A DNA stretch of 64,000 bases from NCBI RefSeq assembly GCF_006345805.1, contig NC_043005.1, forward strand, positions 43,586,001-43,650,000, given 5' to 3'. The DNA comes from Octopus sinensis (taxonomy: Eukaryota). Position numbers and translations under genes: made by a program. The notes beneath the pieces are model-generated. The model had not been told where the DNA came from. It made no database searches and saw only the letters and a program-made list of their open reading frames with translations. This document shows, piece after piece, positions 14,386 to 28,260 of this stretch (positions are counted from its first letter, which is position 1; every line of letters starts with the position of its first letter).

Positions 14386-15669
14386 CAGATTTTGAAACCA
14401 ATATTTTTGTAAGGTCTGCTATTTATTTCTCACATCTGTAGCCCATAGAGTTAAGTGTTCCACTAATAAGTTCTAAAGCGGCGAGCTGGCAGAATCGATA
14501 GCACATCAGGCAAAATGCTTAGCAGCGTTTTGTCTGTCTTTACATTCTGTGTTCAAATTCTGTCAAATTCTGTCAAGGTTGACTTTACCTTTCATCCTTT
14601 TGCGGTTGATAAAATAAATATCAGTTGAGCAACCATTTCAGAGTGGTTATCTGCTTTTTAACCACAAAACTTGTGGGAAGGCAGATTCCCCTCATCTTTC
14701 AATGACTGGTTGTACTATTCAACACAATAGCAGAATGGACTACATGCTTCATAATTTGTAATGTACCAACTTGCTAACTTGTATATTTCCAAGTGTAAAA
14801 AGCACACTTTGATAACTGTAATAAATGTTTGCCCATAAATTCCTCTGAGAAGAGAAAAAGTACAAAATGACTTGACATTCTTTCAGTTCTAGTTTATACA
14901 ACCTCGCTCAGAAGTTATGAACCTTGCATTTACTCCAAGCAGAAAGATATACAGAGTCCACCAAAAAAATGTATACACACTTTAGGAAAGGAAAAATCTG
15001 TATAAATATTTTAATTCAGTTGTTATCGTAATTTATTCAGTGTTATTGCAATTCAATAAAACATTGAAAGAGATATTTATATTAATAGAGATATTTATAC
15101 AAGTTAAATATTTATATAGATTTTTTTTTTCTTTCCTGAAGTGTGTATACAGTTTTTTGGGTGGACTCTGTATAGCTAGCTATTTACAGCCTCTAAATCA
15201 GATGGTTGAGCTAAACTGGTAAATCCAATTTGCTTAAATAATACAAAACTAGAATTTAATGAAGTAATTACTGGTTCTAAATTTTGGCACAAGGCCAGTG
15301 AGTTTGGGAGAGGGGGTAAGCTGATTACCTCGACCCCAGTGCTCAACTGATACTTATTTTATCAACCCCAAAAGGATGAAATGCAGCCTCAGCAGAATTT
15401 GAACTCGGAACATAAAGAGGGACAAAATGCCATTGAACATTTTGCCTGGCATGCTAACAATTCTGCCAGCTCATCACCTTTTTACTGAGTTAATTATTAA
15501 TACACTAAACAAGGTGCAAGCGTGGCTGTGTGGTGGAAGTTTGCTTCTAAACCACATGATTCAGAGTTCAATCCCACTGCATGGCAACTTGGGAAAATGT
15601 CTTATACTATAACCTTTGGGCTACTAAAGCTTTGTGAGTGGATATGGTAAAGAGAAACTGAAAAAGCCT

Positions 15670-15701
<32 letters not shown>

Positions 15702-17791
15702 AACAATTGCAGCATGGAAGGTGTTTATAAGCCATTTAAGAAACACACAAAAACCGTCAGATTCACTTCAACATTTAAATTTAATTTGTCAAAATATTTT
15801 CGTTGCTTTGAGATCGCGACCTATTCACTGACAAAACTCAGTGCTGCATGGATTATAGAATTCTTGTATACGTATACATACATACATATATATATATGGA
15901 TGTGTGTGTCTTTGTGTTTGTGCTCATCTCTCACCACCACATGACAACCAGTGTTGTTTTGTTCACATCCGTATAAAAAAAATTTTTTTTAATTGATGGA
16001 ATAAATACTGAATTTAAAAGAGAAAGATAAGTAGTAGGGTCAGTTTGTTTGACTAAACCCTTTAAGGCAGGTCCCAAGCATGGCTGCAGTGTAATGACTG
16101 AAACAAGTAAAAGGTAAAAAAAAAAAAGAGCCCCAGATTTGAATAACCTGAATTGTATGACAAGGTATATCTTGTTTTCTGGGCATCATTGTAGAGTTCT
16201 TTATATTTGTATTGAATTCTATGGCACAGGTTAATAATCATTTCATCCTTTTGAGGGCAGAAGATTAAGCTTTATGGTATTTAGCTTTGCTGGTCTGAAC
16301 ATCTCTATGATGATTATGTAGGCAGGGAGTCTATTTAATAAAAGAAAAAAAAAAGCACCTTTTCACTCAATAATATACCTTTCTAAGCAAAAATTAATCT
16401 TATTCTTGTTCAAAGGAGCTGAAGTGAGTCTCATTCCCCTGCGTGATTTCCCAGGAAAATATGGACAAAAGTGTATGTTTTAGGTTGTAATTTTTCTTCT
16501 TGGTGACAATATGAAACTTTTTATCATTTTTAAAGTAAGAAAAGTAAAAACCCAAAGCCTTAAAATAAGGAACAAAATATAAATTGCTGGTGTATGACCT
16601 TCCAATACCATCTAAAATGGCAATAGCTTTGTTCTGAGTTTAGGGAAGTATATACATAAATACCCGTTTCTCAGCACTAACAGCATCAAAAATGCACTTG
16701 AATACACAACAAGCTGTCAGACAATGCAAATATCAAATGAAAGAGATTCACAAGTAAGTTTATTTCCCTAAATAGATTAGCAAGAGAAATAGTGACTCTT
16801 GATGAAGAGACTACTGTCAGTGGTGGAAATATTCTTTAGTCAAGTAAACAACAGATAGATGAAGCAGCAAAAGTACAATAGATAAGGAATGTAATGAGTG
16901 GAAGAAATTCAAAGAACCTTCTTCCAATCCTTATTACTTTATGTTTTTCTTATGCATAGAAAATAGGTTGAATAAGAATATACTGAAATAGGATTGTAAA
17001 TAACGGAATAAAAGATAGAGAAAAGAGTAAGGATATATGGAAACACCTTAAATATATTCTTCTGAATTTTTTTTTTATTAGCATTTAAAACTCTCAGACA
17101 TTGCATTGGTTCATCTTTATTCTTTCTTTCACTGCTATCATTGATTACTTTAGATGTTACTGCCGCTAGCTTAGCAATCTTTGTTGTATTTACCTTAGAG
17201 GTTCTCACATATAAAAGATAAATTTACTGAGTTGTCAAATCACATTTGGTTTACTGTTTCTTTCTTTTGTCTTTCATATCAAACTTGATGTTTTAATGTT
17301 AACATAGGCTGGATGGATCTGAAAATTTTTAGTTCAAGTGTTTTACTGTGGGATGCCTATTTGTGAGAATCAAAAAAAGAAAAAAAAAAGGAAAAAAACT
17401 TAAGCAAATTGTAAACGATGATTTTGTAATAATTCTCTAAAGCCATAGTAATCTTATAGATTTTGCCAGACATTTAAAGATTATAAGGTTTAACATTGAA
17501 TATTTATTTACACATAAACACAGGTGTGGCTGTGAGGTTAAGGAGCTTGCTTACCATCTATGTGGTCTTGGTATATGTCTCTACTATAGCCCTGGGCTGG
17601 CCAAAGCCTTGAGAGTAGACTTGGTAGACGGAAAGTGAAAGAAGTCCACTTGCTTATGAACCGCATGGTTCCAGGTTCAGTCCTACTGTGTGACACCTTG
17701 GGCAAGAGTCTTCTACTATAACCTTGGGCTGACCAAAGCCTTGTGAGTGGATTTGGTAGATGGAAACTGAAAGAAGCCCGTTGTATATATG

Positions 17792-17822
<31 letters not shown>

Positions 17823-18512
17823 ATACGTTTGCGTGTCTGTGTCTGTCTCCACAACATTGCTTGACAACCAATGCTGGTGTGTTTACATCCCCGTAACTTA
17901 GTGGTTCGGCAAAAAACACCGATAGAATAAGTACTAGGTTTACAAAGAATAAGTCCTTTGGCCGATTTGCTCGACTAAAAGGCAGTGCTCCAGCATGGCC
18001 ACAGTCAAATGACTGAAACAAGTAAAAGAGCAAAAAAGTAAAAGCGTATACACATATATACATGTGTATGTGGTATGCATGTGTGAGTGTATGGGTGAGG
18101 TGTGAGTGTGTGTGTATGTGTGTGCATGCATGTGTGTGTGTGTGTGTGTGTGTGCACATGCATGTGTGTGCCTCTTTGTGCTTATGTTATACCTGTAACT
18201 CACTATTGCTTGGCAACTTAGCAGTTCAGCTAAAAACAAAGACAGAATAAGTACTACGTTTAAAAAAATAAGTAGTGGGCCCTATTTGATTGATAAAACC
18301 CTTGAAGGTGCTGCTCCAGTATGGCTGCAATCCAATGACTGAAACAAGCAAAAGGTAAAAGATAAAAGATATATCTGAGTAGGTAAAATTAGAGTAAAGA
18401 ATTTGACTTCCTATAGAAGATATTTCAATAAATTGTACAGGGACTGAAACACCATTGCTATTCAGACCTTCAATTTACTGTTTGGTATCACTAAGGAGAT
18501 TAAAAATATGTT

Positions 18513-18730
18513 CTCTTTTACTCTTTTACTCTTTTACTTGTTTCAGTCATCTGACTGCGGCCATGCTGGAGCACCGCCTTTAATCGAGCAACTCGACCCC
18601 GGGACTTATTCTCTTGTAAGCCCAGTACTTATTCTATCTGTCTCTTTTGCCGAATCGCTAAGTAACGGAGACATAAACACACCAGCATCAGTTGTCAAGC
18701 AATGCTAGGGGGACAAACACAGACACACAA

Positions 18731-18775
<45 letters not shown>

Positions 18776-18937
18776 CGACGGGCTTCTTTCAGTTTCCATC
18801 TACCAAATCCACTCACAAGGCTTTGGTCGGCCCGAGGCTATAGTAGAAGACACTTGCCCAAGGTGCCACTCAGTGGGACTGAACCCGGGACCATGTGGTT
18901 GGTAAACAAGCTACTTACCACACAGCCACACCTTCGC
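18513..18937 (-). mobile_element. tRNA-derived SINE (GGCGCAGG-GTGGCTGTGTGGTAAG family), well-preserved copy
   Basis: tRNA-like head, CCTTGGGCAAGTGTCTTCTACTATAGCC core, internal (TA)n(TG)n and a (GAGTAAAA)n tail. Further copies lie near 1-350, 4570, 5715, 5981, 15510, 17520, 23007, 24750, 33600, 39655, 43000, 43608, 48225, 55020, 55575 and 58395. Confidence 0.9.
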
Positions 18938-19288
18938 AACATAATAACAGAATGAAGAAATATGTGAATCTATTGTTGTGCTTGAAAAGACATGTCAAGC
19001 TAAGTGAAATCATTGTCGTGGCCAGTGCTGGTGACACATAAAAGGCACCTGCACCAGTGATATGCAAAAGGGACCCACTATACTCTGTGGAGTGGTTGGC
19101 ATTAGAAAAGGGCATTCAGCCATAGAAACATAGAAGTCAAACTAGACTGGAGCCTGGTGCAGCTCTCCGGCTTATCAGTCAAACTGTCTTACCCATGCCA
19201 GTATGGAATATGGATGGATAATGATGAAGATGATGATGATGATGATGATATGTGTGTATTCATATGTGTATGTGTGTGTGTGTGTATG

Positions 19289-19320
<32 letters not shown>

Positions 19321-21600
19321 TATATGTAAGTATGTGTACATCTATGTGCATGTGTCTTTATGTCTGTGTTTCCCTGCTTGACAACAGGTGTTGGTGTGTT
19401 TACATTCCTGTAACATAGTGATTCGGCAAAAGAGTATTAAGCTTAAAAACAATAAAGTCCTGGGGTCAATTTGTTCGACTAAAAGCCTTTCAAGATGGTG
19501 CCCCAGCATGGCCACAGTCAAATGACTGAAACAAGTAATAAGAAAGCATTATATTTCATAGAGTAATTTGAAAGTTAAGGAGTTGATAATAACAATTTAA
19601 ATGATTTTATTTAATCTCCTCTAAATTTTTCACTATTTTAAATAATGATTGAAATATACAGGTAGCAGATTTAGACATCAATCCATATGTTTCTGTCTGT
19701 TGTGTGTCTCATAACTATGAATTAATATGCTAACCTAAGAAACACATACCTAAGAAACACATACCTTTATCTCTCTCTTGTTTTTATGGTGGTTTCACAA
19801 TGGAGTGACTGACCCAAATGGTAAGGACAAGGACTAATAACACTGTGTAATGTGATTTTTGTCCTTGGGTAGCAACTGTTATTTCTTATATAATTACATC
19901 TAATATTTCCTTCAAACTTTGTTTTTGTTACATTTATTCAAACCCCAAAGAATCCCTCTCTAATACATGGCTATGATGCTCCCCCCACTACTCATGCTCA
20001 CAATCAGAGATGCACGTATTGTCAGCCACTAAGGGACATGATCAAGTGGTTAAGGTCAAGCAACTGACAAGCAAATCTGTGGTACTGAGCAGAATATTTT
20101 CTATAACAATATCTCTGCTTCAAAAACTCAGCAGTAAATTTGTCTGAAATGTAATGGAAAATAGGTCAGTTTCAAAACATTGATGTCCCAGATATAAAAG
20201 CAGAGTTTGAAGGGAATAATAGTCATTTTCTTTGACTTGTAGATAGAAGCAAATAGGAAATAACACTTACTGACCAAAGACAAAAAAAAAATTATGATTT
20301 TGTTACACAGTGGAATTTGATTCTTTCAATATAGCATTTCAGTGCCTTTGTTATTTTCATTTATGCTATCTAATGTTAGATCAAAACAGAATCATTACTG
20401 CATCAGACGAAATGCTTAGCGGCATTTCCTCTGGCTTTACATTCTGAGTTCAAATACTGCCAAGTCAACCTTGCCATTCATCCTTTCAGGTTCAATAAAC
20501 ACTAGGGCTGATGGAATTGACTTCATAACCCCTCAAAATTTCAGGCCTTGTCCTATAGTAGAAAGGATAGTTAATGTTAGGTTTGTATTGCTATTACCTT
20601 TAACAACGCTGATTTTACTCTCTCCTTTTGTATATCTATTTATCTGTCTGTCTATATGTCTATCTGTCTAGATTAAGGTAAAAAATGAAAAAGCAAATCT
20701 ATATCTACGTGCTCAAGGAGAAACTACTTCTAGCCACCTCTCATAGACAGTCTCAGCATCACACTTTCAGTTGCAATTCAGAGTGAGTTTTAGCAGCAAA
20801 CCAAACTGAACACGCATACTACATACCTATTACTTTACATCAGTTGACAAAAACTCCTTATATATCCCATGTATATATATGTATGTGTGTGTATATGTAT
20901 ATATATAAAATCTATAAACATATATGTGAGTGTGTGCTTGCATAGGCGTGTTTTGTATGTGTGTGTGTGTGTGTGTGATGCTGTTATTAACTAGCAAGAT
21001 ATATTGTAATTAGCAGAGGGTAGTGGAGTGATTTGAAATTGAATAATTATATGGTTGTTTTGATTTGTATATTAAAAGGGACCTTTGAATATGAATGATT
21101 ACAGATTATAATTGGGGTTGTAGGAGGGGATAAAAAGCACATTATCAAAAGAAAGTGATGTATGAAACCTTAAATATATTGTTTAAGGAATTTAGAGAAG
21201 AATGATAAATGTTGATTCAGCAAAGTTTATAAGAACAATTACTATTCTCGGAGTTGTCACTATTTTTGAGATCTGTCAAGATTTTTCTTACTTTCTCTAA
21301 GCTGAAAAGTTGACATCTATAATCATTATAATAACTTGTGATGTGTACTAAAGTTACATACATACACAGGTGCAGGCATAGATGTATGGTAAGAAGTTTG
21401 GTTCTCAACCACATAGTTCCAGGTTCAATCCCACTGCATGGCACCCAAAGCAAGTGTCATTTACTGTAGCTTCAAGCCAGCCAAAGTCTTGTGAGTGGAT
21501 TTGGTTGAAAGAAACAGAAAGAAACCCATTGTACATATATATATATATTGTCAGTGTATCATATATCTGTTAGTCTCTCTCTCTATCTTTCTCCCCCCCC

Positions 21601-21633
<33 letters not shown>

Positions 21634-21635
<2 letters not shown>

Positions 21636-22922
21636 GAGTGTGATGGGTAAATTGTTGCCATTTAATATTTTTTATTATTTCGTGCATGCACATTGTTTGT
21701 TTTTGATTTTGATGACTACACTGTATAATAGGGTCAGTTGGGCACCGTCTGTGAGAAAAACAGCACCATGATGCAATTCACTCTGCCAGAAATTTGGAAA
21801 TGACACGGTGTATTGCTTGGCATTCATGCTGGAAGCTCTAATATTAACATTTCAGAGTGTTTGGGTGTCAATCTCAGGACGGAGTAAAGGATTCAGAAAC
21901 AATTGGATGAGTCTAATGGTGATTATGAAGGTACAGCAGCTCAGAAAACTCACTCTGATCATTCTGATGCGAAAAGAACTGAATTTGTTGGTGAGATCTA
22001 GGCCATGATTGACAGCAATCCCTCCAATCAATTGGGTTATTGGACATAGGAGTGTCTGAATTTCTTATCAGACAGGTAGTGCATGAAGACATTTAATATT
22101 CCTCATACAAGATGTGAAAGGGCCAATTTTTATCTCAAGCCATCAAGGACAAGAAGAAAGACTGCACTATAAAGCTTTTGAACAAACTCAAGCATCCCCT
22201 TCAACTGAACTTGCTTTGGTTTCTCTCAAATGAGAAACCTTTCTGCCAGGATCAGATGGTGAACTCACAGAACAACTATTGACTTACCACGTCCCTAAAA
22301 CATGTGCTGAGAGTGATGTGATAAAAATCAAACATCCAATCCACATCATAGTGTTTGGAGTGATCACTAGTGATGGCAACATTATACCTCCATTCATCTT
22401 TCCCACACAGCCTCACACTCAACATGGAGGCCTACATCAATTGCCTGGGGGAGGTAGTGCTGCCCTGGATCAAGAGGGTGGCTGCTGGAAGACCCTATGT
22501 CTAGCGACAAGACTCTGTACCATGCCACACAAGCAGGAGAACCCATTCATGGCTGTCATACAATTTTTGTAACCCATAATATCTGGTTACATAACTCCCC
22601 AGACTGCAACCCCCTTGATTATTATGTATGGGGTGCAGTTGAGTGAGAGACCAACAAAACTCCTTGTAACACCAAAGATAAACTGAAGGCAAGGATTATG
22701 ACAGTATTATCCAACTTAAACAAAGAGGCTGTCTAGAAGAGTTGCAGGAGATTGTGAAGTCATCTGGAGGCCATGGTTGAAGCCAATGGCGATTTTATTG
22801 AATAAATTAACTCTTTAGTATTTCAAGATATTTTTATGTAACTTTGGTAAATATATCTGTTAAAATGAGTGTTATTTTCCTTTTTGCCTAATTTAGACAA
22901 CAATTAATGCACTGCACCTTTT
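21634..22922 (+). mobile_element. Decayed Tc1/mariner transposon, DDxD type (maT/DD37D-like)
   Basis: TA followed by CAGAGTGTGATGGGTAAATTGTTGCC at the left end. Broken transposase motifs IVFGVITSDG, QDSVPCHTSRRT and NSPDCNPLDYYVWG, with many stops and frameshifts. The right TIR is degenerate. Confidence 0.8.
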
Positions 22923-22928
22923 ATATAC

Positions 22929-22973
<45 letters not shown>

Positions 22974-23176
22974 AGAGAGAGAGAGATGTATATATATATA
23001 TATATAGGTGTAGGTGTAGCTGTATGGTAAGAAGCTTGCTTCCCTATCACATAACTCCAGGTTCACGAGTTCAATCCCACTGAATAGCATGTTGAGCAAG
23101 ACTCTTCCACTATAGCCACATGCTGACCAAAGCCTTCTGAGTAGATTTGTTAGACGGAAACTGAAAGAAGCCTGTC

Positions 23177-23258
<82 letters not shown>

Positions 23259-23492
23259 GTGTGTGTATAACTGTGTATAACTCTTATAGACACATATAAT
23301 ATAATAATACTTGCAGTCTATGGACATTTTTACTCATGCAGGCCACTGGTAAAAAATTAATATTTAATCTTTATCCTATATTGAAAATATATGTATATAT
23401 ATATATATATATAATAAATATTAGGGAATAAATCCAAACTTACAGGGAAAAATCAGATTTAGGATTGAATCCAATTTTATAGTAAAATATTA

Positions 23493-23756
23493 TATATTAA
23501 ATTAGAGACAAAACCACTATTAAGCAAATCATACAAGGAAAAACTTAAGCCAATACATAAGATTATTTAATTTATATTATTTAAATATATAACAAAATTA
23601 TTAAAAAAATGAATGACTGTAACGATTGTAGTGATATATTAATTATATTCTTTTAATTTTGTTATATATTTAAATAATATAAATTAAATAATCTTATGTA
23701 TTGGCTTAAGTTTTTCATTGTATGATTTGCTTAATAGTGGTTTTGTCTCTAATTTA

Positions 23757-23761
<5 letters not shown>
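23493..23761. repeat. Foldback inverted repeat, 108-bp arms, 53-bp spacer
   Basis: 23493-23600 is the reverse complement of 23654-23761 with one mismatch seen. Confidence 0.9.
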
Positions 23762-23794
<33 letters not shown>

Positions 23795-24939
23795 AGGACA
23801 CACACACACATATATGTGTGCATGTCTTTGTGTCTGTGTCTGTCCCCCACCACTGTTTGATAACAGGTGTTGGTGTGTTTATGTGCTTTTTACATGACAC
23901 AAGCCCTGATGTTTTTTATGTGTCACTGACACATTGTCTATGCAAAGTCCAGAAGGAAAAAAAAAAGGTTTGTCTCTAGACAATTTAAGATTTTTTTCTT
24001 TAATTTGTTTACCTTTACAAAGTGGCTACAAGAAATAGCAGCATCCCACCAAAGTAAAAGATGGAAACAAAGTGTACCACACACAAAATAAACAAAACCA
24101 AGACCAACCAGGCTATTACACAGCAGGACACATGTTTGTAAAGGAAAATGTCTTGCTATCAACAATGGCTCTATTTTGAATAATTATAGTGACTTTTGGC
24201 AATAAAACAACAGCAACAGCAGTACTTACATAAATACTCACCAACACCAGCTTTGTCAATTGAAAATATTGATAGAAATTTGAGTGGAGAATATGTTTTG
24301 TCTTTTGCTCACATAACTTCAAACAGACAATCTCTAGTTAGGCAACATTCAGACAAAAAATACCTGACAGAAACATGTAAGAAAAAACTGGTTCTTTTCT
24401 ATCCAAAGTTGTCAGTCAAGTGTGAGAAAGAAATGAAGGTGACTTAGCTGTGCATTGTCAAAGCGATTGAGGCCTTCCTTGTGTCGGTCAAAGAACAATT
24501 AGAAGCAGCCGTTACTATTTTGAGTGAGACCATCATCAGACATTGTTTATGACACTAAGTGTTGCTTTCATGTTTTAATCCTTTATCATTTAAACTGGTC
24601 ATATCTGGTTCAAATAGCCAATTTGTTTTATGTTCAGACTGGTCTCAGGTCTAGCATCTCACACTTACCTTATAATGTCGTTTTAAAAATAAATAATGGC
24701 ATCATCGAAATCTTGAAGCAACGAGATATTCTTTTTGTTTATATTAGTTTCGGTCATTTGACTGCAGCCATGCTGGAGCACCATCTTTAGTCAAATGAAT
24801 TGACCCCAGGACTTATTCTTTGTCAGCCTAGTACTTATTCTATCGGTCTATTTTACCAAACCACTAAGCTACAATGGACGTAAACACAACAACATTAGTT
24901 GTCAATAGAAGGTGAGGGGACAAACACAAATATATATAT

Positions 24940-24971
<32 letters not shown>

Positions 24972-25230
24972 AAAGTACAAAGTGAGATAGGGGTTATGAG
25001 TGTATTATTGTATTATATGGGCGAAGGTAAAGTGTTTTACCTCAAATTCATAATACAAAATAAGAAAATGGAGGAATAGATTTCTTTCAATCATCAACTT
25101 CCAGATAATACCAATTCGTATAATTTATTAACTAATTATTTAGATTAAATAGGAACAATAGAAAACTCCAGCTAAGTCACAAGTATTTAATCACAATCAA
25201 CTTTTATTTCCTGTCTTACAAGTCTTCAAC

Positions 25231-25287
25231 ATGGCCACCACCTGCAACATCAGCAATGTCAATGTCATAAGAGAATTCCTCCCAGAC
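25231..25287 (+). CDS. Candidate coding exon (MATTCNISNVNVIREFLPD), product unknown
   Basis: Pyrimidine-rich acceptor ...TTTTATTTCCTGTCTTACAAG|25223, ATG in CAACATGG context, open frame to the donor GAC|GTGAGT at 25288, in non-repetitive sequence. Confidence 0.45.
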
Positions 25288-27108
25288 GTGAGTATCAGCA
25301 TATCACAATCTACTGAGTTGATCTCTGTTTTTTTCTGTTGAGATTGAAATTGATGGGTGCATGTAGAAAACAAAGGATAAAGTGCCTAAAATTATTTTAT
25401 TAGTATATAAAACTATATATATATATATTATGAAAGCTTATAAACAGAGCAATACATTTATCACAATAAGAAAACCTAAAACAACTCAATACATGTAAAT
25501 AAATAAAATAAGCAAAAATGTTTCTGTGAAAAAGCAACAAAAAAAAATGTACTGAAAGATGATCTCTGATTGGCTATTACACTTCAAAACCAACCATCCA
25601 CAATGTTTATTTCATTGGGCCGATGGATCAGTTTCAAAGTCCTTTCAGCTTGTATCATTTGGGCTGTTCAATCAGCCTGAGTGTCCCAAGAGGTCTAAGA
25701 AAATATCGTTCATACACACGACAAGAATAAATTATATGTATTTCCTAATTGGTGAGAAAAATACATCTTTTTCAATCTTATTGGTTGGATAAAGCAATAA
25801 TAACTTCATGGTCCATTGATTAAGAATACAGGTTAAAACAGAATAGAATATTAACATGGTCAATATAACATACTACCTTAATTTATGACATCAATTAAGG
25901 TAAAGTTTACATAAATGCTTATGTGCATGCACGTGTGTGTGTGTTTGTGTGTGTATTAAAAAGTATATTTATATTATAGATTGCATTATGAAATTGTACT
26001 CACACACATACACACACACACCCATTAGTGTTTTAGAAAGTTAATTGAATAATGTGTGTTGCAAATATTTGTACCTTTGGAAATACTTTGCATTCTTAAG
26101 TCAAATGTATGCAGTCAAGTCAGATATTTCACAGAAGTAAAGAATAAACATAAATAGCTTGTTTTTAAACTGGCAGAAGTTATTCTGTTGGGAAAATGGT
26201 TTCTCATTCAGTTTTAAGTACATTATGATTTCAGCTAGTCAATTCTATTCTTTTGAGGTTGGAATGGAAAAAAAAAATGATTACTAGCAGAATGAAAGAG
26301 AAGGCATAAGAGAGAGAGAGAGAGAGGGAGGGAGGGAACTTAGTTATAAGTGCCTGTCCAAGAAGAATAGACATGTTTGGTCTAATGTCTAGTGAATGAG
26401 CCAAGAGAATAGAAAAAAATGTTTGAACTGCTTAAGAAAGCCCTAAAAGGACTGAAAAGACAATAAGTTTTGAGTTCAAATTCCGTCGAGGTCGACTTTG
26501 CCTTTCATCCTTTTGGGGTCGATTAAATATGTACCAGTTATGCACTGGGGTCAATGTAATTGACTTAATCCCTTTGTCTGTCCTTGTTTGTCCCCTTTAT
26601 GTTTAGCCCCTTGTGGGCAATAAAGAAATAAGATTGGCCAAAAGAGTACATACGACAACATGTTCTGTTTAACAAATGAAAAAGAAAAGAAACATGTCTG
26701 TCTGATTTTACTGGATGTCCATGCAGGCCTTTATCCAACAATATATTGTTTCTTGTCACTGTGTACTTACCATAGCCTCATAATATTGGACAAAGTTGAA
26801 AACAGCCCAAACGTCTGCACTAATACCAATATCTCAAGCCATAACTTTTATTTTCCTAAGAATCATATGCATTAACACTAACATGTAAGCAAATGTGTAG
26901 CATAGAGTTCAGTTTGTTTCCTCACCTTGCTCTTAGCCTTAAGTACATGCTATACATTTTCATATGCTCTGCCCAGTGGATGGAATAGATGTCCCATCAC
27001 ACATTAGTCAGAGTCTTCTCTAACTGTTTCACTGAGGGCATATTGACACTTTATCTACTTTTGAATAACAGAGGAATGCCACTTCTCACATCTGGCTTTC
27101 ATGGTTAA

Positions 27109-27330
27109 CCCTTTCATTACCGACCCGGCTGAAACTGGCTCTGGCTCGTTAGTATAAATGTCCTGCTTTCATAAGTTTTGAATTCAAATCTTCCTTCAAA
27201 TCTTAGTTAAAATTTATGTTTCTAATCACTAGCTTAATGATAACGAAGTTAATTTACTAAATTCTTTGTTATAGTTAAAATAATTGAAAGAAACACAGAG
27301 CATCTCAAAATAAATACAGTAATGAAAGGG
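27109..27330. mobile_element. piggyBac-like MITE
   Basis: Perfect 12-bp TIR CCCTTTCATTAC/GTAATGAAAGGG with TTAA on both sides (27105-27108, 27331-27334). Confidence 0.85.
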
Positions 27331-27854
27331 TTAAATTCATCAGAAAGAAGGCACCTTCCTGTGGAATATGCCTCACTCACTCTTTCACTGTTTACTTGAA
27401 TGAATTCAAGTCAAGGAATATTTTTTGGTACATAATGATGGTATACTACTATTGTTGTTGGTGATGTTATTATTTTTCTTGTTTTTTTTTATTAAAATTA
27501 TTTTTTCCTTAACTTCTGTGATTTTGTATCTTCAATTAAGCATTTTTGTTCAAATTCAAAGATATGTCTGTACATGTGGTTAATAATTTGGTAGCATGCT
27601 TATTTACATCACTGCTCCTCTCACTGTGAGAAGTACGTCTTTTTACCACTTCGGAGGCAGCCTTATTTTATTTATTTAATCTCTTAATTGCTGAGTCTGT
27701 TGGAGAGGCTGAGATAATGGCCCTTGCAGGCCCTTCTCAACATATAAACTACTACAGATCCACATCTGCTGGAAAAACATGAACTCAGAATGCAAAGCGG
27801 GACAGAATGCCACTAAGTGTTTGATTTGGCATGCTAATAATTCTTCAAACTCTC

Positions 27855-27886
<32 letters not shown>

Positions 27887-28089
27887 CCTTAATACTAAAA
27901 GCATAAGTCTTGAAATTTGGGGACAAGGGACTAGTCAATTACATTGACTCCAGTGATAAACTGATATTTATTTTATTGATCTCGAAGGGACAAAGGATTA
28001 AGTTAACCTTGATGAAATTTGAACTCAGAAGTAAAGATAAATGAAATACTGCTAAACATTTTACCCAGCATGGTAATGATTTTGCCAGC

Positions 28090-28194
28090 TCATTGCTTTA
28101 TATGATAATGATAATAATAATGATGATGATGATAATAATAATAATAACAATAATGATGATGATGATAATAATTATAATAATAATAATAATAGTA

Positions 28195-28234
<40 letters not shown>

Positions 28235-28260
28235 TGATGATGATAATTGAAGACGATGAT
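28090..28260. repeat. (ATA/ATG)n trinucleotide tract
   Basis: Direct inspection. Confidence 0.9.

Noticed and set aside
16675-17208. Possible exon 16675-16753 and nearby protein-like frames
   Set aside because: The donor is good, but the acceptor is modest, neighbouring frames contain stops and there is no recognisable homology. Kept only as a possible partner exon.
24030-24447. Protein-like 83-aa ORF
   Set aside because: No usable start or in-frame acceptor, stops immediately upstream and no motif.
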